Positions 35,030 through 48,429 of a DNA stretch of 64,000 bases are shown piece by piece; the stretch's first letter is position 1; every line of letters begins with the position of its first letter. The position numbers were made by a program, and so were the translations under genes. The notes under the pieces are model-generated. The model ran no database searches and was not told the DNA's origin. It was given only the letters and a program-made list of their open reading frames with translations. Origin of the DNA: Octopus sinensis (taxonomy: Eukaryota); the NCBI RefSeq assembly GCF_006345805.1, contig NC_043003.1, positions 76,136,001-76,200,000 of the forward strand. The letters run 5' to 3'.

Positions 35030-37700
35030 TTTTGTGGACACACCACCCACACACACCCACCCACCTACCTCCCACACGCACACACCCACCCACCTACCTC
35101 CCACACCCACCCACCCACCTACCTCCCACACGCCTGTTCACACACACACATACGTAGACCCATCTACGTACATACAGTCACACATTTAATCACACACACT
35201 TACAGACATACTAACACACACTAACATACAAACCAACATGCACATACACACACACATACATACATACGCACACACATAATACTTACACACACACACACAC
35301 ACAGACATACATACACACATACACACACACATACATACGCACATACATACACACACACTCACACACACACACCGCACGTACATACTTCACACACACACAT
35401 GCAAACATACATGTAGGCACATACATACATACATACCTACACATGCACACCCTTATACTGAATGCACACACACATACACCTTTTTGCATCCAGGCAGCCC
35501 CCCCTCTTTTCTGCTTTCCGGTTTTGGCTGATGGATCCTCGGTTCCCGCGTAGCGGGGCGTTCGAGGGCCTTTGCGCTCGCGCGCCTTGGCGCGCGCCGG
35601 GGGCTTGGTCGGCCCCTTGGGCTTGCGTTGTACTGCTTGTGCGTTGTGTGCGTGGGCGCGCTTCGTGTGTGTGGGGCTTGCTTCGGATGTGCGCGTGCGT
35701 ATGTATGCATACATACCCCACACTCGCATGCATCCCTACCCACATACATACACGCACACCTACTCACACACACCATCCACACACACCTGCACACACACAC
35801 ACACATACATACATACACATACATACCTACTTCAGACATACACACACACAGACATACACCCATACACTCACACTCACACGCATACACACACACACATACA
35901 CACGCACACGTACACATACACACACACACACACACATCTACCTACACACACACACAACACACACGAACACACCCATACATACACATCTACACACACACGC
36001 CTACACACATACATACACACATACATAAACACACACCATACACATATACACACATACGCGCACACACATATACTTATACACATGCACACACACACACATA
36101 CATACATACACCCATATACATACACACACACCCATACCATACACTTATACGCACATACATGCACACAGACATACAACATACACACTCACACAAAGATACA
36201 CACACACATACTTACACACACACTCACCTGCACGCGCACACACATGCATGACAAACAACCATACACTCACACTCACATACGCACACACCAACATAAAAAC
36301 ACGCACACGCACACGCAGACACACACCTACACTCCCACACACATACACACGCACCTACACCAACACACGCACGCATACACACGCATACACACATACATTA
36401 CACATGTACCCACACCTACATACACATGCATACACACACACACACAAAAATGCACGGACACACCCAGACATACACACATACACCTATACACACGCCCACA
36501 CACCTACATATACACACATATACCACGCCCACACACCTACATACACACACATACATACACACACATACACGACACACCCATACATACTTACATACATACA
36601 CCTATACACACACGCCTACACACCTACATACACACACATGCATACCCCACACCCACACATGTACGCACATACACACACATATACGCACATCATATATACC
36701 CACACACATGCACACACACACACACATACGCACATGCATGCATGCATGCATGCACACGCGTACACCTACACGCATACACACACACACACGCACGTACACA
36801 TACATACATACACACACGCATACATACACCCCACACATACATGCATCCTACACACACATACATACACACTCACACATACATACACACACACACACACACT
36901 CACACACCTGTATGTACGCGCACACACATGCACATACACACACTTCCCCACACCCACACGTACATACATACACACTCACACACATAACACACAACACACA
37001 CACACACACGGACATACATCTATGCACACACATACATACACACATACTCACATACATTCATCGGACACACTGACACCCACCCGACATACACACAGACACC
37101 TCACACATCCACACACATACATACTTACGCACATACTCGCAGGCGCGCGCACGCACGCGCTTGCGCCGGCTCGCGCACGCATACGCTCCGCAGGCACCTC
37201 GCTCTTGGAACCGACAAGACCTCCCGCCCGTTCCTGGACCGTCGCGTGTCGTTGGTTTTCCCACGCCCGCCTCCGCGGGACCACTCTTCCATCTCCCCTC
37301 ACTATCTCCTCTTCTCAGCTGGAGTCCTTTTTCCTTAACCCCCCCTTTTTCGTTACACACACGCGCACACATATACACACATTGCTTAAATATACACATT
37401 ACTCTTACACACATTCAATCTACTCGCCATTTATACCACCACGACACTGGACACACACACACACTACTACTCAACACACGCTGGCACGCTACAATCGCCC
37501 CACCCCTTCCCCTCCCTCCCTTCCTCCTTCCTTCTTTTTCTTACTACTGACCTTTGTCTGCTAAGCTGACCACTGTCTCGCCCTACCTCACGCGCCTACA
37601 CACAGACGCACACACTAACACACCCTATATATTTTTTTTTGTTTTTTCATCTCGCCTCACACACACACATACAGACACGCACACGCACACACTCACACTA
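35030..37700. repeat. ~2.7 kb degenerate (CA/TA)-rich low-complexity tract with GC-rich islands
   Basis: Direct reading; source of the spurious His/Thr-rich ORFs. Confidence 0.9.
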
Positions 37701-37739
37701 CACACATATCTGTTGCGTTACAACCTTGTCTCCACTCTT

Positions 37740-37960
37740 TTGCCTTTAAAAACCCACTTTGCTCTGTTTCGTAAACATCCGCCTTTCACCATGTGCAACT
37801 CGTAAACACCAGTCGTCTTTTTTCTCTTTCCCTGTTGCCCGCTCTTGGATCTTCATTTCTCTCTCTTCCTTCTTTATGTTTCCGACGAAGAGCTCCGCTC
37901 GAAACGTCATACCTCCCTGCTTCCATTTCCTGAGCGCCTATTAATAATAATACTGTAATT
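37740..37960 (+). mobile_element. PLE 3' pseudo-LTR-like end with hammerhead-like motif
   Basis: CCGACGA-A-GAGC-TCC-GCTC-GAAAC-GTC at 37882-37908, then GAGCG..TAATAAT. Confidence 0.55.
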
Positions 37961-38057
37961 GTTCCATTGTTGTTGTTTTTTTTTTTTGTTTCCCGTTTGG
38001 ATTAAAATTATAATATATATATATATATTATATATATATATGCCTCCCTCCTCTCTT

Positions 38058-38090
<33 letters not shown>

Positions 38091-38634
38091 ATCTGTCTCA
38101 CTCACACATACTTTGTTTTTCTAACACAATTACCATCATTTATCAATATCATATTTTCTATCATATCGCAATGAGACGGGAAACAAGTCATAAAAGATAA
38201 GAAACTAAACACACATATAGTCATAACACGCCTAGCAATCTACCGAGGTTGCTAAACCTATCGAAATACTATATCTTACATTTAGTAGTTTTATATCTTT
38301 CATTTACTGAGTTGTGTGTAAGCACATACAGATATACATGCATATACATAGACGCTTACATTCATGTATATATGTAAATGTGTTGTGCGTATGTAAAGAA
38401 ATATATGTACCCACATAAATATACATATATATAATATATATATATAATATATATATATATATTATATAATATGAAAACGTATACGTTTGCATACATATAT
38501 ATATATACATATATGTTTATATATACATACATATATACACATCAATACATATGAATATTTGTATGCACATAAATATGTTTATATATATATATATATATAT
38601 GTATATATGGATATATAAATATTAAATATATATG

Positions 38635-38704
<70 letters not shown>

Positions 38705-39602
38705 TACAGATAGATACATGCCACACAGTGTCTGTGGATTTTTTGGCAATTATATATAAGTTTATGTGTGTTTTTATTGTACTTCGCTGTGTATTTATCC
38801 ATAGTTTCTTGTCTGTTTGGCTTTTAGACATAGTTCCTAATTACATGTCTGTATATGTAGTGAGTATGGGAGTGGCATATGTGCGTTCGAGTGTGTGCAT
38901 GTATGTGTATGTATGTGTGTATCTCTATGTGTACCTAGCGGATATCGTATTTCTTCGGTCGTCAACTATATTACTGAGAGTAACAGACATAATTACCTAG
39001 TGTGAAGAGATAGTAATTTTTTTTTTTATCTCATAGTCATATTACGATATCCCCATTAATTTTCGGCGGTGGCGGGATATATTCTAATTGTGTGATATTT
39101 CCGTTATCAGTATTGTATTTCAGTAATGCTAACTTGTAATTTCATTTTTTTTTAAATATGGCCGAACGCAACGACGATGATGATTCCTTGATGGTCGATT
39201 GTCATTTTTTTTTTTCTTTCAGCGTGTGTATATGTATATATTACGGTTTGTAATAGTATGCTGTCAGATACTTTGTTTCCTCGCTGCTATATATTGTATT
39301 TAATCGTTTTCTTGAGTTTATTTTCGTTTCTTTCCCGGTGTGTTTTTACTGTTTATTGTTTCAGGATGTTACAATTTCCTCAGTAAGATAAGAAATATTA
39401 TGCTAAATTAGATTACATATAGCCGTGTGTTTAAAAAGTTTACTTCTCAACAGCCTCATAACGGGTTCGATCTCATCGTCTTGCAGCTAATGGAACTCTC
39501 TTTTATCTCAGAATCGTGCTGCATCATAATTACGCGCAATTTCGTAGGTGGAACCCGAAAACCTTTTGCACATGGACAAACATACGCATATATTTATATA
39601 TG

Positions 39603-39667
<65 letters not shown>

Positions 39668-39729
39668 GTCTGTGTGTGTGTGTTTATGTATGTATATGTA
39701 TATATATATATATATTATACACGTAGATT

Positions 39730-39801
<72 letters not shown>

Positions 39802-40128
39802 CACATATATATATATATGTGTGTATGTATATATGTATATATATACATATATACAATATTAAAACTATATAATAATACATATACATATGCGCGTGCGCTG
39901 GCGTGTACATATGTGCATGTGTTCATGTGTGTATGCGTGCGTACTTTAATTATTTGCAATAATCATTTACAGAATTCAATAGAATCCTGAATAAAACGGT
40001 CTTGTTACATGATGTAATTGATTTCTTCATAAATAAAAAAACACGTCTGAAACTGCTGTTGTGAACCGCAGCCCTTTTGTTGATTATACACATACATTCG
40101 TACATGCATATAAATGTGTATATCTATC

Positions 40129-40197
<69 letters not shown>

Positions 40198-40231
40198 GCT
40201 GTGTGTGTATGTATGTATGTATGTATGTATG

Positions 40232-40283
<52 letters not shown>

Positions 40284-40859
40284 AATCTATATATCTATCT
40301 CTATATATATATATATACATGTACGTCAGTCTCACTGCCAATCTGTATGTGTGTGTGTTTGTGTGTGCATGACTAAGCAAACTGTTTTGAAATGCCATGC
40401 CGGTCGGTATTTCTAGCCCAGCAGGTATATACGGACCTCTTTCTGTTGTCTCGCTTACTCACTTTTAGCCGTGTCCAGTAATGAGTCTCGTTCAAATCTT
40501 TTTCGTAATGTTCAATATAAAAATAAAACGATCACATGTTTCCACGCCGAAATACACAGATTGCATATAAACTATTATCGAAATAATATGTAGAAATTCA
40601 CTTAATATTGATTAATCTGATTTCTAAGAGGATTTCTAAGAGTATACACTTTGAAGGGACTGAAATCACACTCAGATCAGATAATACATAGATGATATTA
40701 TGAACAGTGAATTAGCCCCTATAATTCCTAACATTATAATCTAATAAGTGTCGATAGAAATCTTTGGCATATAAATATATATGGTTTATTGTGAATATAT
40801 GCGTAGTTGTATGTGGGTGCGTGTTTGAGCATGTTTGTATGTATGTATGTATATATCAT

Positions 40860-41040
40860 GTTGAACCGTTAATCCCTACATATTTTTCTCTCACCGTTTA
40901 TGCCCTTCTTTCTCCCTGTTTGCCTTCCAATTTTTTTCTGTCGAAGAGCATAGGCCCGAAACGTTAAAGATATTTCCATTCTTCCCGAGCGTCAAACAAA
41001 TATACCTGCTTGTTGTTCTTTCACATGTCTACGTCTTTTG
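40860..41040 (+). mobile_element. PLE pseudo-LTR-like fragment with degenerate hammerhead-like motif
   Basis: TTTT-CTGTCGA-A-GAGC..GCCC-GAAAC-GTT-AAAG at 40934-40969, followed by TTCCCGAGCG as at ~37925. Confidence 0.5.
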
Positions 41041-41213
41041 TTAAATAACAAAGGCGGCTAGACGCAATATAAAACTGAAAAGGAAAAATACAATTCTCAT
41101 TTATAGTGAGCGAGAGTGCGGAATAGCATCTACACTGCTAGAAACAAAACCAAAGACCGATATTGACCATCTTGGTTTGATATTGCGTCGAGCCGCCTTC
41201 GTTATTTTATAAC
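41040..41213. mobile_element. MITE-like element, ~36 bp TIRs
   Basis: AAATAAC.AAGGCGGCT.GACGCAATAT.AAAC at both ends in inverted orientation. Confidence 0.65.
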
Positions 41214-41427
41214 TTCCACATTACCATTTTGATGAATCCGCCATTGATTCATGTTGTAAATACTATATACTGACATCGGCGACAGAGTAGTCACTAATGA
41301 TGAGTTAAACGAAACTACCTAGTTAATATGGTAAGCTCGTTCACCGTGGGACGACTACTTCCCCTGTCAGTTCATACAGCTGTAGTTTTAGTGGCTATAA
41401 ATGCCTTTGGGTCTTATTTCTAGCAAC

Positions 41428-41535
41428 GTAGTTGCTACCCCGTACTGCACTCAGTCACTATTAGTGACAATTGAAATTTTCCTTTTTGATTTTAAATTGT
41501 GTTTAATAATTATTATATATATATTATATATATAT

Positions 41536-41569
<34 letters not shown>

Positions 41570-41645
41570 ATAATAATTACTAAATGCACTGTAAAATCAA
41601 AAAGGAAAATTTCAATTGACTGAGTGCAGTACGGATAGCAACTAC
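41428..41645. mobile_element. Foldback/MITE with ~80 bp arms around a (TA)n spacer
   Basis: GTAGTTGCTA..CCGTACTGCACTCAGTC..CAATTGAAATTTTCCTTTTTGATTTTA mirrored at the right end. Confidence 0.75.
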
Positions 41646-41686
41646 CGACGGGCATGGCATTTAAAAACAGGTTGCTTCGTTATGCA

Positions 41687-41726
<40 letters not shown>

Positions 41727-41735
41727 ACACACACA

Positions 41736-41801
<66 letters not shown>

Positions 41802-41849
41802 AATATTAAATACTAAATATCTCGTAGAGATATGTACGGTGGTTGGGCG

Positions 41850-42260
<411 letters not shown>

Positions 42261-42859
42261 TATATACATGCATATATGCATATATGTAATTATGAAGTTT
42301 GGAAACGAAGAGATCTAATGTATACAAATTAATTTATTATTAGTTTAAAAATATGTGGATGCGATATGAAGCAATTGTAGGTGAAGTTATTAATTAATTT
42401 ATGTATTTATTTATATCCATTAGATATCTCCGTTTTCAAACTTGATAATAATATTTGATATTTTATGATATTTTATATTTTATATTTTATATGTTACGTT
42501 CATTGAAGAAATATCTCAAATCTTCAAAATCTTCAAAATGCAATATATTTAACCAGTTTTCTTGGAGAGAGAGAGAGGTGGGGTCTAGATATTGATAAAT
42601 GTACACATATATACATTTATGTAAGTCTGTATACATGTATGTATGTATCCATGCACGTATCTATGTATAAGGTTCACTCCTAATTTCGTGCTATGCGCCA
42701 GCCATAAGTGGGATCATTACTCCCTGTATGAGTTCCTTTTCGCTTGTTTTCAAAGATCTAGAATCCAACACCTCCTCACTTCACATTGTTTCCATTTAAG
42801 TAATATGCAGATTGAATAATCCTTTCTACTCTAATCCCAAGGCCTAGGGGGACAAGTTG

Positions 42860-43015
42860 ATCACGTCGACCACAGTGTTTCACTGGTACTTATTTTATCG
42901 ACACCGAAATGATGAAAAGCTCAATGGACCTCGGCAGGATTTGAACTCAGAACGTAGTGACAGGCCAAATACCTCTAAGTATTTCGTCCAGTGTGCTAAC
43001 GATTTTTCCAGTACA
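42860..43015 (-). mobile_element. MetaSINE-like tRNA SINE
   Basis: CTGGTACTTATTTTATCGAC..GATGAAA and GGATTTGAACTCAGAACGTA on plus (reverse complement of core and B-box). Confidence 0.65.
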
Positions 43016-43438
43016 TGCAATGGTTATAACTCTAGTTTTATAATGTCCTGATTCGAATCTGTTACAGAGCTAACTGCAGCAGACTTTAACATTTTCAGCT
43101 TTTTTCTTCCCGTTATCTGCAGAGACGTTCAAGTCTCTGTAGATTTTACAGTAGGGGATAACATTATCAAGCACTTGACGAAAAATTCTTGAACAGAATA
43201 GCTTAAATATTTTTACTTTATTCTTTTTTATTTTATTTTGCTTCATTTCATTTAATTCTATTTCATGTCATTTTCATGGAAAATTTGAAGACATTTTCTC
43301 CTATTGATAGTAAAAACATACTAAGGAAAAATTCGTTCATTTTTTCTAGCATTAACATTTTTACGATGTGTATATATATATATATATATAATATATATAT
43401 ATATATATACATACATACATACAAACATACATACATGC

Positions 43439-43469
<31 letters not shown>

Positions 43470-43472
43470 CAT

Positions 43473-43509
<37 letters not shown>

Positions 43510-43511
<2 letters not shown>

Positions 43512-43883
43512 CTAGCAGTATCGCCCGGCGTTGCTCGGGTTTGTTTCGACCCGCTGGAATTGGAATTTTTGAAAAGTAAAAATTTTGCATCATGTAGCTT
43601 GCTATTCTATTAAAGTGAACATTTTTCTGGTTGAAATACACCGAAAAGTGGCGACACAGCAGTGAAAAAATCGTAAAAAATAGGGATTTTCATTGATGTA
43701 AGTAATTTTTGGTGTTAACATGGTCCGATTTGAATTTTATTTTCTACGGAAGGAAGAGCAACCATTCTATCATACTCTCAATTTTGGTCAACTTGCGCCG
43801 CAGGGTCTCGGAGGAGATAGTGTTAGTTCAAGGCTACCAAACCTGGCGCACACAGACAACTTCAGCTTTATATGGAGAGAGAT
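43510..43883 (+). mobile_element. Non-autonomous Helitron/Helentron-associated element (HINE, Lep1/DINE-like)
   Basis: Starts ACTAG with subterminal hairpin CCCG-GCGTTGCT-CGGG, ends CTTCAGCTTTATA..AGAT, inserted next to (TA)n. Confidence 0.55.
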
Positions 43884-43889
43884 AAATTT

Positions 43890-44805
43890 TAATAAAACTT
43901 TCGAAAAATTTTTGGTGAAAATTTTCCAAAAATTTTTGGGGAAATTTTCGGTGAAAGTTTTCGAAAAATTTTTGGGTAAAATTTTCGAAAAAATTTTTGG
44001 GTAAAATTTTCGGTGAAAATTTTCTAAAAATTTATGGGTAAAATTTTCCGGTGAGATTTTCTGTGAAAATTTTCGGAAAAATTTTTTGGTTAAATTTTCG
44101 GTGAAAATTTTCGAAAAAATTTTTGTGGAAAATTTTCCGGTAAAATTTTCGAAAAAATTTTTGGGGAAAATTTTCGCTGATAAATTTCGAAAATTTTCGA
44201 AATATTTTCGAAAAAATTTTTGGGAAAATTTTCCTTGAAAATTTAGGAAAAAATTATTGGGTAAAATTTTCAGTGAACATTTTCGAAAAATTTTTGATGG
44301 AAATTGTCGAAAAATTTTTGGGTAAGATTTTCTGTGAAAATTTCCGAAAAATTTTTGGGGAAAATTTTCTAAAAACTTTTGGGGAAAATTTTCAATGAAA
44401 ATTTTCAAAAAACATTTGATGAAAATTTTGGTAAAAAATTTTCGAAAAATTTTTGATGAAAATTTAGGGTGAAAATTTTCGAAAAATTATGGGTAAAATT
44501 TTCGGGTAAAATTTTCGAAAAAATTTTTGGGGAAAATTTTCGAAAACTTTTTGTGGAAAATATTCGGTGAAAAATTTCGAAAATTTTTGGGGAAAATTTT
44601 CGAAAAATTTTGGGGGAAATTTTCGGTGAAATTTTCGAAAAATTTTTGGGGAAAATTTTCGTGTAAAATTTTCGAAAAGATTTTTGGGGAAAATTTTTGG
44701 TGAGAATTTACTAAAAATTTTTGGGGAAAATTTTCAGTGAAAATTTTCAAAAAATTTTGATGAAAATTTAGGGTGAAAAATTTTCGAAAAATGTTTTGGG
44801 GAAAT
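43890..44805. repeat. A4T4-periodic minisatellite (10-14 bp subunits, ~37 bp higher-order unit)
   Basis: Repeats of AAAATTTTCG / AAAAATTTTTGGGG / AAAATTTTCGGTG. Confidence 0.9.
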
Positions 44806-44981
44806 CACTAAATCATCCATAACTTTTGTATTATTCACTCAAATTACACCAAAATCTCAGACAATAACAATTAATATCGTATTTATTGTCTGTAAATATA
44901 TGATACAACTTTGATAAAAACTTATACCTAATTTTCGTCAGAAAATTACGTATAGCATTTTGGCCGCAACTGTATTTATAT

Positions 44982-45232
44982 CTCTTTCACTCTTTTACTC
45001 TATAACTTGTTTCAGTCATTTGACTGCGGCCATGCTGGAGCACCGCCTTTAATCGAGCAACTCGATCCTGGGACTTATTCTTTTGTAAGCCCAGTACTTA
45101 TTCTATCGGTCTTTTTTGCCGAACCACTAAGTGACGGGGACGTAAACACCCCAGCATCGGTCGTCAAGCAATGCTAGGGGGACAAACACAGACACACAAA
45201 CACACACACACACACACACGCGCACACACACA

Positions 45233-45275
<43 letters not shown>

Positions 45276-45443
45276 ATACACATATACTGCGGGCTTCTTT
45301 CATCTACCAAATCCACCCTCAAGGTTTTGGTCGGCCCGAGGCTATAGTAGAAGACATTTGCTCAAGGTGGCACGCAGTGGGACTGAACCCAGAACTATGT
45401 GATTGGTAAGCAAGCTACTTACCACACAGCCACTCCTACGCCT
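44982..45443 (-). mobile_element. CORE-type tRNA SINE
   Basis: Same family as 1677-2118; the head shares private variants with it. Confidence 0.8.
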
Positions 45444-45773
45444 ATCTATTTAATATATGTTTTCATCTGCTAAAATGTTCACTCATCGTCTTCCTCATCG
45501 TCATCATCGTTACTATCACGCACTTGACTGCAAATATGATCACATTCGTCATCATCATCATCATCATAATCATCATCATTATTTACTTGAATTGGTCATT
45601 ATGAATCATTTAACTACTTATGTTGTCAGCAAATGTAATCCTGCAGTTTATAATAGCTTAACTATTTTGAATGCTTTTATGAACATATTATGTACATTTT
45701 CTGATCCATTTCATGATTAAGTATGACCCATAGTGTCGATGTGCAACAATAACAACAACAACAACAACATATA

Positions 45774-45930
45774 TACGACAGGCTTCTTTCAGTTTCCGTT
45801 TACCAAATCCACTCACAAGGCATTGGTCGGCCCGGGGCTATAGCAGAAGACACTTGCCCAAGATGCCACGCAGTGGGACTGAACCCGGAACTATGTGGTT
45901 GGTTAGCAAGCTACTTACCACACAGCTACT

Positions 45931-45932
<2 letters not shown>
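45774..45932 (-). mobile_element. CORE-type SINE head
   Basis: GGCTTCTTTCAGTTTCCG..GACACTTGCCCAAG..GTGGGACTGAACCCGG. Confidence 0.75.
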
Positions 45933-45996
<64 letters not shown>

Positions 45997-48429
45997 GAGA
46001 GAGACAGACAGACAGAGACACAGAGACAGACAATCAGATATGCAGATAGACGGACAGTCGGTTAAACAGAGAGAGAAAGAGAGACAGACAGACAGACAGA
46101 ATTATAAGGATGTATACTCAGTTGTTTGCCCAACGACCTTTTCAATGAATTGGGATCTCATGTATTCCAGTAACATGTGTAGATTCTTAGGCGGAATTAA
46201 CATGAAAAAATGTAACCATGTTCAATTCTCAGTAATGGTAAATTCCACTGTATTGTCTTTCACACTGGGGTACAAGTACACACATGAATATATATGAAAT
46301 AGTAATATAATTCTATCACTGGACTATTACTGCATAAATCATTCCATTTATTTTAAATATCTGTTTTCAAGTCGATTCTGACTGAGTGCACTATTTTTAT
46401 ATTCAAGTTTACTTAATCTTTGTTAGCGTCATTTCTAGTGAAGGATCAGAAAATAAGTAGTTTTGTACCTGATACGAACACTTTAGTGTTTCTGATATGC
46501 AAATTCCTTCTTATATAGCAAATGGATATGTTGCAGGGTTGTGTTAACAGTATTGCAGGTACTCTGGACGAATCAATAAATCGAGCCCAACAGTATGTAT
46601 TTATTGACATACATTGATCAGGATCTGGTCCCTAGACCTGTGGGACACTCGAGAAACTACTCAGTGCCTCCATGCCTTAAGATGGTACTATTATCTTAAT
46701 CAGTATTTTGGTATTATGCCATTATTCTCTCAAATTTGGAGAAGTGCAGACTTGGAATAGCTTCATACAAATTCATTCCTCGTCTTTTGTTTAAGATCAA
46801 GTTTTCTGATCCTTATCCAAGTATATAAAATCAAGTAGCAATCGAGTTTCGAGTAGATTTCATCCCTGTAGACCCAATGAAGATGTGTTTAGTGTCTATA
46901 TTTAGGATGACAGCTTGTCGAAATCCCAAGAACGTCGGAAGAATATTTTGCAGAACATTTCACGCTTTTCCTTTTTTTTTGTTCCTTCGGGATTCGAATC
47001 GTTTCCAGACTAACTTTACACTCCTCCCACTCATGGTCCATACAACAATATGTACTGGTGACGATTTCAGTAACTGGTCAGACCTTCCTAATTTGTGGCT
47101 CTGTGAATGTGTTAGAGATGATTTTCGACTTGTGTGCCTGACTATATCACTCTATATCACGTAAATTTAAAATTGTAGGCAATTTTATAGGGTTATATCG
47201 AGGTTACTGGTGATTTAGTTTCACGAACAATGACCTATCATCTTTATGTGAATTAATTTAAGTGCTCCATTCGATTTCTATAGGCTAAAACAAAGAAAAA
47301 TATAAATTAGTATTATTCCGTGTGAAAAATTATGCGTTCTGCGAGCATTCGTAAGTAATTACGATTACAAAGATGTACCTTTTTAATAATTCGAGTTATT
47401 TTAATGATGTAACACAAATAAATATGTATTCAAGCAGATACAGAAATAACCGGAGAGACAGAAATTGTGATAGTTAGGTTAGTATTGAGATCAATGAACC
47501 TTAATACTTAAATACAAATAATTTTGTGAAAACAAATATAGGAACAGGTAGTTAAATGGTTAAATGAGTGTCAACATTTGATGTAGGGAAAACTAACAAC
47601 GCAGATAGCGTGAAATACTTATTTAGTTAATGAAATCATAATTGATTTCTTCAGCTTTTGTTTGTTTATCATTTATTTTCTCAAAGTAATTAATACAATT
47701 CTTATCACTTAGTATTTATTTTATATCGTAATTTATAACCAATAACGTCATTTCCTTTGTAGATTTCCAACAGGCCAATAAATGGGTTACTACATTTCTG
47801 CCAATGAAAGCGCTGGATGCAAAAGAAGTATAGCGAAGGACCGCATTCATAAAGTACCAGAGTTTACATGATCTTTCATATTTACACTTAACGACGGTAT
47901 TGATCGGGGCAACACACATGCACACACATACACGTTTGCACCCATATAGGACATGAACACATATGCAGATACACACATACATATGTCTTTATATTAAACT
48001 GCAAATATTGTTTTGAAGGTGGTGTAAGAATAACAACAGAACGCATGCTGATACGGTAGCACACCACAAGATGTGGGACAATTATATTGTGTACTTGTTT
48101 CGACAGTCATTTCAATTGTCATCTAACGTCTTATGCAGCCAGCCAACTGGTTGAGAAAGACATGAGACAAAACATCAAATGCAAATTAACAAGAATTTAA
48201 CAGTTGGGAAATGCGAAATATGTGTCTGTTTGTCAATGTGTGTGTGTGTGTGCGCGCGCGCGTGTGCGTGTGTACATGTATGTTTTCTGTATATATGTAC
48301 GCTACTGCTACTTACGTTTTGATGTTTTTGGAATCAAACGATTTCTTGTATCAAAAATGTCAAGAAACAAGTTTATGTAAGTAGGGAAAAATAACCTTTG
48401 TTTTAATTATTAAAAGAAAAACTTCACTA

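Noticed and set aside
35572-37564. 471-aa and 438-aa His/Thr-rich ORFs
   Set aside because: Translations of a CA/TA low-complexity tract that lacks stops by composition; no domain signal.
43890-44805. CRISPR-like array or 206-aa coding region
   Set aside because: No unique spacers, eukaryotic context, no cas genes; the ORF is a by-product of the A/T-run satellite.
47763-47830. Candidate exon (FQQANKWVTTFLPMKALDAKE) after a pyrimidine-rich acceptor
   Set aside because: Weak donor, no recognisable homology and no partner exons; needs RNA-seq.
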